A DNA stretch of 32,000 nt from Raphidiopsis brookii D9 (GCA_000175855.1 ACYB01000004.1:111801-143800), one strand, 5' to 3'. Counted from the stretch's first letter, positions 26,768 to 32,000 are shown. The notes: a model not told the origin generated them from the sequence alone. Program-made: numbers and translations.

Positions 26768-26890
26768 GAGTCAGTAAAGTGTTTTGGCATGTGTCAAGGT
26801 GCGGTTTAGTTTTTACAGGGTATATGGTTTTAATTAAGCACTTTGGGAAGTTTAGAAAAGAGAAGGGCGATCGCGTAGGTTTAGATTAAG

Positions 26891-26920
26891 AATATAAGTA
26901 GTTTTAGATAAAAATGTAAA
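26891..26920 (-). promoter_or_regulatory. predicted sigma70-type promoter facing legB, carried inside the conserved element
   Basis: The minus strand reads TTTACA (26920-26915), an 18-nt spacer, then TATATT (26896-26891). The predicted leader to the legB ATG is ~115 nt. The identical sequence occurs at 28906-28935 upstream of the lhgO stub. This is a sequence-only prediction. Confidence 0.35.
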
Positions 26921-27022
26921 TAGACACAGTTATCCCCTGCACGGCTCAACTACTGAGTAGCGAGTTGCGGGGAAGCAACTGAGATCCACTAGACCATCAA
27001 AGCTCAACTTCTGAATCTAAAA
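26892..27022. repeat. conserved upstream element, extended core plus module A, copy 2
   Basis: 26894-27022 matches 28909-29037 at 126 of 129 positions, counted by hand. It is bounded by TTTTAGAT (26902-26909) and ATCTAAAA (27015-27022). An internal direct repeat GCTCAACT(A/T)CTGA starts at 26944 and 27002. Confidence 0.9.
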
Positions 27023-27099
27023 GCAGGTTAGTATTTAGTTTTTGGACTTGAGTGATTATATTGTGCAATTGCACACCCTGACAAATAACACAAAACTTA

Positions 27100-27140
27100 G
27101 CAAAATGCAACACCTAATGCTAAAAATATTTTTAGTGCTA
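27100..27140. repeat. conserved upstream element, module B, copy 2 (shorter, more diverged)
   Basis: aaaatgcaacacctaatgctaaaaatatttttagtgc. The atgcaacac core at 27105-27113 lies 82 nt after module A. It contains the 16-nt palindrome ctaaaaatatttttag. Confidence 0.6.
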
Positions 27141-27201
27141 TCTTTGTTGTTTGAATCCACCCACACCTGGAGACTATCCATGCAAACCCACACAATGGGG
27201 T

Positions 27202-27267
27202 TCAATAATAAATTAGGGTGATCGCCTTCCACCGGGGGGCAAATGCGGAAGAGGTATCTATGACCAT
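27202..27267 (-). pseudogene. truncated PIN-domain (VapC-like) toxin start, copy A
   Basis: ATG at 27267, 14 nt after the RHH gene stop, reads [21 protein letters not shown] then stop. MVIDTS is the usual PIN N-terminus. Only 21 codons remain. Confidence 0.45.
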
Positions 27268-27281
27268 TGTCAAACTTCCCT

Positions 27282-27554
27282 TTAGGTCACAGTCCCATTT
27301 GCATCGTAGCCAACGATTTCGTCAGGACTTCTGGAATCAAGCTGAGGTAGAGTACGACAGCGGCGACTAATGTTCATAATGGCTGCAAATCTATCATCTG
27401 AACTCAGTTCCAGACTATTTTCTGTATTGTCACGACAGTTTTCTAACAAGGAAATTAATTCATCATTGATGGAGTGATGATGTGCCTCGGCTTGTCGTTT
27501 TACCCAGTTATATAAGTCAGTGGAAACACCTTCTAATGTAAAGGTTATCATCAT
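27282..27554 (-). CDS. ribbon-helix-helix (Arc/FitA/VapB-like) antitoxin
   Basis: 90 aa. The N-terminal ITFTLEGVSTDLYNWVKRQAEAHHHSINDELISLLE fits a beta-strand/helix/helix RHH pattern. It sits directly upstream of a PIN-like start. TATACT -10-like hexamer at ~27569-27574 (minus strand), with about 14 nt between it and the ATG at 27554. Confidence 0.6.
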   Translation of the reverse strand: MMITFTLEGVSTDLYNWVKRQAEAHHHSINDELISLLENCRDNTENSLELSSDDRFAAIMNISRRCRTLPQLDSRSPDEIVGYDANGTVT

Positions 27555-27619
27555 TTACATTGCCAAAAAGTATAGTGTGACCTTATTTTACACGTTGATG
27601 ACAGCCTAAGTGAGATTCC

Positions 27620-28060
27620 TTATCCGATGATAATTAATTCATCTCTGATTAGATGTAATTTAAACGCTGGTAAGGGTGACTGATCAAAGTAGTAGGCCTT
27701 AACAGCTTCAATGATGTTCTTCCTAAGTTCCTCCCAGGTGTCACCTTGAGTAAAAATTTCTTCTGTTAAACCTTTAGCAATAAACCCACCATCTTCTTCT
27801 TGTACCACCTCAACAATAAGAGTTTTTGAAGTATCTAGCTTCCCTGTCAATTCTTGACTAGAAGAGTTGATTGAAGAAATGTAATTGCCACTAGATTCCC
27901 CATAATCATACCATATGTTACTCACTTGCTTACCAGACAAGTTACTATCTAATCCTGTCTTTCTGTAGCTTTTCTTCAAGGAAGAAATTAAGCTAACCAC
28001 TTGTTTTTTTGCTTCATCTGGTAGAGATGAAATCTCGCTTAAAATTTCTTGGTTTGTCAT
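27620..28060 (-). CDS. HicB-like (UPF0150-type) antitoxin-fold protein with an N-terminal DUF2281-like extension
   Basis: 146 aa. The C-terminal LIVEVVQEEDGGFIAKGLTEEIFTQGDTWEELRKNIIEAVKAYYFD...KLHLIRDELII matches the small HicB-like family. The N-terminus MTNQEILSEISSLPDEAKKQVVSLISSL resembles DUF2281. A Ser/Asn-rich linker joins them. No HicA-like partner is adjacent. Confidence 0.55.
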   Translation of the reverse strand: MTNQEILSEISSLPDEAKKQVVSLISSLKKSYRKTGLDSNLSGKQVSNIWYDYGESSGNYISSINSSSQELTGKLDTSKTLIVEVVQEEDGGFIAKGLTEEIFTQGDTWEELRKNIIEAVKAYYFDQSPLPAFKLHLIRDELIIIG

Positions 28061-28245
28061 ATATTCCTACCAATTTGGAACCGTAACGGAAACACAAATG
28101 TTCTAGGGTTTGAGATAGCTGATAGAAAGCTCAAGTCCTCACCGCTCCTTTGTTGGTAGGGTTGGGACTAACCTATTATAGTAAATTTGGCGATGGGAGG
28201 GAGGACCCGAAGGAGCGATCGCTTGCCCTAGGCATCAATGAGCAA

Positions 28246-28611
28246 TTAAAACTTGCTGCTATCACTTCGTTCGGGCATTAATTCAAATCCTGAATCAATA
28301 GGTGAGTATTTACAATGACAAATCACTATCATATCGAATCCCGTATCTGTAGCGTCTGGACTATAAGTTTCAACACTCACTACTTCCCAATCACTAGAGC
28401 GATAGTGGGTTTTGGCTTCAGGATATCCAGGATCTACAAACTGTTCTAGCTTGATGAATTCTGGTGGACGATAACCAACTTCAGGTATTTGACTATCAGA
28501 GCAATCATAGTGTTCAGCCAGGGTTTTAGTTAAAGAACCGGTATGGGCATACTTTCTATCTTCCCAACCTGGCTGCTGTTTGTGGACTCTAAATACAATC
28601 CATTTACGCAT
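28246..28611 (-). CDS. hypothetical 121-aa protein
   Basis: ATG at 28611 ([21 protein letters not shown]...) is preceded by the purine-rich AAGGAAGAGAGAA. Track ORF 28246..28881 is a read-through chimera of this gene with upstream remnants. I do not recognise the family. Confidence 0.55.
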   Translation of the reverse strand: MRKWIVFRVHKQQPGWEDRKYAHTGSLTKTLAEHYDCSDSQIPEVGYRPPEFIKLEQFVDPGYPEAKTHYRSSDWEVVSVETYSPDATDTGFDMIVICHCKYSPIDSGFELMPERSDSSKF

Positions 28612-28649
28612 TTCTCTCTTCCTTTGTGTCGGAATGCGATTGCGGAAAC

Positions 28650-28715
28650 TCAGTAAGAAATTAGGGCGATCGCCTTCCACCGGGGGGCAAATGCGGAAGA
28701 GGTATCTATGACCAT
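28650..28715 (-). pseudogene. truncated PIN-domain (VapC-like) toxin start, copy B
   Basis: ATG at 28715 reads [21 protein letters not shown] then stop. The 58-nt stretch 28658-28715 matches 27210-27267 at 57 of 58 positions, but no antitoxin gene precedes this copy. Confidence 0.45.
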
Positions 28716-28725
28716 ATTTTACACG

Positions 28726-28881
28726 TTGATGACAGGCTAAGTGAGATTCCTTTTCCAGAAATACTAAACGTAATTGAGGACGAGACTGCAATATACGCAG
28801 AGCAGCAGCCAAGCCCACAATACCCCCGCCGACAACTAGTACATCACAGATTGAAGAAGAAGTGGGTAAGGTTGTGGTCAA
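28726..28881 (-). pseudogene. lhgO: N-terminal 52-codon stub of L-2-hydroxyglutarate oxidase/dehydrogenase
   Basis: (M)[51 protein letters not shown] carries the FAD dinucleotide motif and the LEKE..LA.HQ block of LhgO. Homology stops where HQTGHNSGVIH is expected. Confidence 0.7.
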
Positions 28882-28908
28882 GGGCGATCGCTTAGTTTTA
28901 TATAAAAT

Positions 28909-29037
28909 ATAAGTAGTTTTAGATAAAAATGTAAATAGACATAGTTATCCCCTGCACGGCTCAACTACTGAGTAGCGAGTTGCGGGGAAGGAACTGAGAT
29001 CCACTGGACCATCAAAGCTCAACTTCTGAATCTAAAA
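28909..29037. repeat. conserved upstream element, extended core plus module A, copy 3
   Basis: Matches copy 2 at 126 of 129 positions. TTTTAGAT lies at 28917-28924 and ATCTAAAA at 29030-29037. It sits immediately upstream of the lhgO stub. Confidence 0.9.
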
Positions 29038-29106
29038 AAAGATATTAACTTGTGCGAGATTAACTTATCCTAGTCATGTCGTTTTACCGGACAACATAAT
29101 TACTAT

Positions 29107-29189
29107 CATGAAACCCCGCACGATGCAACACTTAATTCCAAAATATTTTTAGGTGACTTTTTTACCCATTTATAAAAGAACCCAGATGT
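29107..29189. repeat. conserved upstream element, module B, copy 3
   Basis: catgaaaccccgcacgatgcaacacttaattccaaaatatttttaggtgacttttttacccatttataaaagaacccagatgt aligns with copy 1 (15687-15768). The atgcaacac core lies 85 nt after module A. Confidence 0.7.
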
Positions 29190-29336
29190 TTCCATTTCAG
29201 AACCATCCTCCGCCTCCCCGACTTAACCTACTAAAAACTAACACGAAGAGCAATTCAAATCACTTGCTGATTTGGAGGGTAAATTCTAAGACTTAATCCC
29301 CTGTTGGGACAAAACAAAAATAGTTCGTAAAACCAT

Positions 29337-29780
29337 TTATTCCCCATACTCCTGCAAGAAAGCTGCAAAATCCCCTAAGGCTGATTGGGTTTGTTCTGTG
29401 GGATTGAGTTGATGTTGTATTTGGAGAACAACCCATCTATTTTGGATTCTAGCTTGGTGAGTCGCTCGTTCTCTTTCCTCAGTTCGCTCATTCTCAACTC
29501 GTGCCGTTTCCTCAATTCTTCGTTGCTCTGCTGCAGCCAGGCGGTCTGTTTCTCGATTTCGACGGTTCCACTCAACGCCGAAATTAACCATTGCCACCAC
29601 GAGGGCCGCCAAGGTGAGTCGGTTGCTCCAGACTCTGGGCTGGGTAATGTATCCGAGGACGCTGAAGTCTTGTTCGTCATAGAATCGTAGAAAGGCAACT
29701 GTAATGGTTAAAAATGTTAAAACTGTCCCCGGTAATAAAGACAGAAAATTTATCCAAGGTTGAGGGCTGAGTAGTTTCAT
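29337..29780 (-). CDS. hypothetical membrane protein with two predicted TM helices and a charged coiled-coil-like tail
   Basis: The internal ATG at 29780 (MKLLSPQPWINFLSLLPGTVLTFLTITVAFLRF ... LTLAALVVAMVNFGVEW ... RRIEETARVENERTEERER) begins the part of track ORF 29337..29879 that is not PIG-L-like. A 107-aa ORF in another minus frame overlaps it (29375-29698), so the frame choice is uncertain. Confidence 0.45.
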   Translation of the reverse strand: MKLLSPQPWINFLSLLPGTVLTFLTITVAFLRFYDEQDFSVLGYITQPRVWSNRLTLAALVVAMVNFGVEWNRRNRETDRLAAAEQRRIEETARVENERTEERERATHQARIQNRWVVLQIQHQLNPTEQTQSALGDFAAFLQEYGE

Positions 29781-29933
29781 TATAAACGAATCTGTAGAGG
29801 AAATGCCATCAGCTAGAAATATAACCCGTACGGGTATACCTTGGGCAGTGTAACAGGCGATCGCACCTCCACAACCCAATACTTCATCATCCGGGTGAGC
29901 AGCTATAACTAGAATAGATTTAATATCTTCTTG
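29781..29933 (-). pseudogene. N-terminal stub of a PIG-L/LmbE-family deacetylase
   Basis: Own translation gives QEDIKSILVIAAHPDDEVLGCGGAIACYTAQGIPVRVIFLADGISS. The AHPDDE..G.GG signature is present. An in-frame TAG lies at 29934-29936 and no start codon precedes it. The frame continues into unrelated sequence. Confidence 0.7.
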
Positions 29934-30115
29934 CTATCCAAAACAAAGTTACCTTATCACTTGGTAAAAAATTTGGTGGACATATATAGGATATTCAGGA
30001 GCATCAGGAGCAATAACCAGAAATTCGCTGAAGCAGACTATTCTTACCGGTGAGAATAACCAAGACGAACTGGAATACCGGCTTGTCTCATCTATTTTGG
30101 ATCCCCCCCAACCCC

Positions 30116-30124
30116 CTTAAAAAG
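30116..30124. repeat. target-site duplication, left copy (CTTAAAAAG)
   Basis: The identical 9-mer recurs at 31776-31784. Both abut the IS inverted repeats. Confidence 0.7.
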
Positions 30125-31775
30125 CTATCCATTATAAACATTTTTCTTAACATGAAATTTGACAAAAAGGAGAAGTTATGCAGGGGGTAGAGAGACAAAA
30201 AATCATCAGTGACTCTAGTTTAGGAGCATGAGAAGAAACAGAGCTTAAAAAAAGTCTGATGTTATAAAATTGATTTCTGCTAAAAAACTGACAGGGGGAG
30301 GCTAATGATTAATTAACGACAAGAGACTGACAGATAAGCCAACCTTGAACAAGATCATGTAGTCTGCTCAATCCACGCCAGAGAACTTTGACACCAGGAG
30401 AACCATCACCTTTTCGACCTAAAAAACCACCCAATCGAGCAATCCAATTGACAACTTCAGCCAGAGTCGGTGGTGATGTGTGAGGATAAAGTTGGTGATG
30501 TATGGTGGCATAGAGAATTTGCCACTCATGAGTTTCTAGAACTTGTTCACAACTAGCATCTGGTGAACAACGAGCTAAATAAGTCAGCCACAACAAACGC
30601 CAAGCCACTATGCTGTAAGTGGCCAAAGCCATCTCTAATCTTTGCGCCGTTTCTAGTTGTAACTTCTCAATCCCACAACCACTTTTTAAGACATAATGAT
30701 AGCGTTCAATTAACCACCGATAACAATACCATTGCACATAGGTCTTCACATCTTCAAGACTGGTAATTTCTAATGTGGTCAGAAGTAACCAACTAATCGG
30801 TTCAACCTCTGTTGGTGGGTCAACTTCTGCGACTAAAATTGCCTGTAATGTAATGGGAGTTAGTTGTTCCTTTTTGGCTCGATTTTGTGGTGGTTGGATA
30901 GTAACTGTCTGATAACGAATCTCAAGTGTTGCTATTCTCGAAGGTCGAGTCGGATTGCGTTTGACCTCCACCGTCATTGTTCCTTGAGATTCCATAGATT
31001 CTAAGGTTGCCCATAAATGCTTCTCACCATCAACCAAACAGCGATTTTGAGTGGCGCGAATCACATAATCTGAGCTTTGACGACGAGGATAAGCAAATAA
31101 GTCATAAAAATCCGCTTCTCTGTCAGCAATTGTCACTACTTGTACTGATGAAGGAATAATTGAATCTGTTTTTTTCAAGCCATCAAGCCATTTTTGACTT
31201 TCTTTTTGTGCGGTTACTTTTTGTTTCCTTTGTTCTCCCTTTCCTAATTCCTCTTCTTTTCTTGACCACACCTGTTGCTCGATAATACCTAGTGGTATTC
31301 CCTGTGTGCTGACTGTTAATACTGAATGAACTTTTAATCCCAAGGCATATTTGTTATCCAAATATCCTATTCCTGATAGGGCTTTATGACTGGTGTAGTT
31401 TATTTCTGTTGTATCTTGTATCGCCAAGACTACCTGATGCTTGGCAATTCTCTCTACTGTTGCATCAAGATGTCCTTGTCTAATCATGGATGGTTTGATG
31501 TAGGGTGAGTCCCAGAAGTCATAAGTAGCCTTGGTTTGCGACCATGTTCCACTTGCTTGCGGTACACTGGCTTCTGGTGATGCACTCAGATTTGACACTA
31601 TTTTGATTAACCTTTTGGTTCTTCTTTTATCCCCTAACTCGGTTCTTTCCAGTTCTTGTGTGATCCACTCTTCCATTGACTGACTCTGATTTGACTCTGG
31701 GTATTTTCATACTCAATACACAATCCCTGGATTTTGTCAAATTTTATGTTAAGAAAGATGTGGGTAATGGATAGC
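30125..31775 (-). mobile_element. intact IS4-family (IS50/Tn5-like) insertion sequence, 1651 bp
   Basis: The terminal inverted repeats match at 38 of 43 positions by hand alignment: ctatccattataaacatttttcttaacatgaaatttgacaaaa against the reverse complement of 31733-31775. The element has a single transposase ORF and 9-bp direct repeats on both flanks. Confidence 0.85.
30309..31676 (-). CDS. IS4-family DDE transposase (Tn5/IS50-like)
   Basis: 455 aa. The N-terminal ELGDKRRTKRLIKIVSNL resembles the Tn5 Tnp DNA-binding region. DDE candidates are AIQDTTEINY, TIADREADFYD and the Y-R-E-K signature YCYRWLIERYHYVLKSG. Confidence 0.9.
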   Translation of the reverse strand: MEEWITQELERTELGDKRRTKRLIKIVSNLSASPEASVPQASGTWSQTKATYDFWDSPYIKPSMIRQGHLDATVERIAKHQVVLAIQDTTEINYTSHKALSGIGYLDNKYALGLKVHSVLTVSTQGIPLGIIEQQVWSRKEEELGKGEQRKQKVTAQKESQKWLDGLKKTDSIIPSSVQVVTIADREADFYDLFAYPRRQSSDYVIRATQNRCLVDGEKHLWATLESMESQGTMTVEVKRNPTRPSRIATLEIRYQTVTIQPPQNRAKKEQLTPITLQAILVAEVDPPTEVEPISWLLLTTLEITSLEDVKTYVQWYCYRWLIERYHYVLKSGCGIEKLQLETAQRLEMALATYSIVAWRLLWLTYLARCSPDASCEQVLETHEWQILYATIHHQLYPHTSPPTLAEVVNWIARLGGFLGRKGDGSPGVKVLWRGLSRLHDLVQGWLICQSLVVN

Positions 31776-31784
31776 TTAAAAAGG
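31776..31784. repeat. target-site duplication, right copy (CTTAAAAAG)
   Basis: Identical to 30116-30124. Confidence 0.7.
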
Positions 31785-31908
31785 GAGGCTAATTCTTTTA
31801 ATTCTGTTTAAAATAGTTAGAGCTGCTCATGTTGTGATGGATGGAGTAAATGCTAGGGAGAAAGAAAAACCCATGGTACAGAACCTATTAAATTTAACGT
31901 GGGTTAAT

Positions 31909-31944
31909 AGGCCATCTCGCAAGTGCGAGTGCTTGGCAATCGCA
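31909..31944. repeat. 36-bp hairpin-containing repeat, second copy of the sequence that forms the terminator at 15807-15842
   Basis: aggccatctcgcaagtgcgagtgcttggcaatcgca matches aggcgatctcgcgagtgcgagtacttcgcgatcgcc at 30 of 36 positions. The inner CTCGC/GCGAG stem is conserved, the HIP1 ends are degenerate and there is no T-tract. Confidence 0.6.
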
Positions 31945-32000
31945 CCCACTGTATTATGCATCAACAGACCTCACAATATAAATTTTACACATGGTGTTTA

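Noticed and set aside
26778-26802. A perfect TTGACA -35 hexamer ~25 nt upstream of the legB ATG.
   Set aside because: No acceptable -10 hexamer lies at 16-19 nt spacing; the best candidate is TTTACT at 13 nt. The transcript would also be essentially leaderless. The promoter inside the repeat is a better candidate.
26939-27012. Possible tRNA or tRNA-like gene in module A. The minus strand contains GGTCTAGTGG, which resembles a D-loop.
   Set aside because: No 7-bp acceptor stem, no T-arm with a GTTCRA loop and no 7-nt anticodon loop can be drawn on either strand.
27105-27221. Small plus-strand ORFs starting at the conserved atgcaacac of module B: MQHLMLKIF... of 38 aa here, 22 aa at 15703 and 9 aa at 29123.
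   Set aside because: Only the first four or five codons are conserved. The lengths and downstream sequences differ completely, and there is no consistent Shine-Dalgarno sequence. The conservation is better explained at the nucleotide level.
15533-29037. A CRISPR array, or the three module A copies acting as CRISPR-like repeats.
   Set aside because: The copies are 2-11 kb apart, ~80-130 bp long and separated by genes. There is no regular repeat-spacer periodicity and there are no cas genes.
29375-29698. Alternative 107-aa minus-frame ORF and 101-aa plus-frame ORF overlapping the two-TM protein.
   Set aside because: Three frames are open here because of biased purine-rich, Glu/Arg-coding composition. 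I kept the longest frame, which has two hydrophobic helices. The choice is not certain, and I note this in the feature.
30040-30057. The near-palindrome ATTCTTACCGGTGAGAAT and the nearby tandem CAGGAGCA-T-CAGGAGCA (29994-30012) as operator sites.
   Set aside because: They are single occurrences in gene-less decayed DNA between a pseudogene and the IS. They have no downstream gene to regulate.
30294-30306. The 11-nt match gggaggctaat inside the IS (30294-30306) and just outside its right end (31785-31795).
   Set aside because: Many 11-mer coincidences are expected by chance in 32 kb. The positions do not correspond to IS ends or to the target duplication.
31909-31944. The second copy of the 36-bp hairpin repeat acting as a terminator.
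   Set aside because: No T-tract follows it on either strand, and no upstream gene ends nearby.
31849-32000. A plus-strand open frame, MDGVNAREKEKPMVQNLLNLTWVNRPSRKCE..., running to the window edge.
   Set aside because: Only ~50 codons are visible. There is no recognisable motif, and the frame crosses the degenerate hairpin repeat. The evidence is insufficient to call a gene.

Overview
This is 32 kb of cyanobacterium-like DNA. That origin is an inference from 11 perfect copies of the HIP1 octamer GCGATCGC and from the protein set. Every gene I can support is on the minus strand.

Positions 1-26767 are an unbroken run of 27 tightly packed genes for surface-glycan precursor synthesis, many with overlapping stop and start codons. 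Read right to left, they fall into three blocks.

(A) 26767->15903 is an 11-gene operon. It holds the complete legionaminic-acid-type nonulosonic-acid cassette: 4,6-dehydratase, aminotransferase, hydrolysing 2-epimerase, NeuB-type synthase, NeuD/PglD-type acetyltransferase, CBS-nucleotidyltransferase and CMP-transferase. It also holds a tailoring trio (PhyH-like Fe/2OG oxygenase, a second DegT aminotransferase, a methyltransferase) and an uncharacterised 400-aa putative transferase. It ends in a hairpin plus T-tract terminator at 15803-15842.

(B) 15297->8476 is a 7-gene operon that I cannot map to any described pathway, and it is my best candidate for a new system. It encodes a GmhA-like SIS isomerase, an FAH-family protein, a KdsB-like cytidylyltransferase fused to an HpcH/HpaI pyruvate aldolase, a Gfo/Idh/MocA oxidoreductase, a frameshifted SDR, a dehydroquinate-synthase-like enzyme and a D-2-hydroxyacid dehydrogenase.

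(C) 8312->1 is a CDP-hexose branch (rfbF, rfbG, cupin epimerase, DegT aminotransferase) with two clear and one possible methyltransferase, an extended-SDR epimerase and a 606-aa unknown.

No canonical glycosyltransferase, flippase, polymerase or exporter is visible. HIP1 sites occur only in three core Leg genes and in intergenic DNA. They are absent from blocks B and C and from the tailoring genes, which suggests a mosaic origin.

A conserved 80-130 bp element, with a second module 82-91 nt away, occurs three times. Each copy lies upstream of a minus-strand transcription unit: both sugar operons and a dead lhgO gene.

The right-hand 5 kb is a decayed accessory junction. It contains orphan RHH and HicB-like antitoxin genes, two copies of a truncated PIN-toxin start, and N-terminal stubs of lhgO and of a PIG-L deacetylase. 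It also contains an intact IS4/IS50-like insertion sequence with 43-bp imperfect inverted repeats and a 9-bp target duplication.

No rRNA, tRNA or CRISPR array was seen. All coordinates, repeat alignments and motif calls were made by eye, without alignment or search tools.
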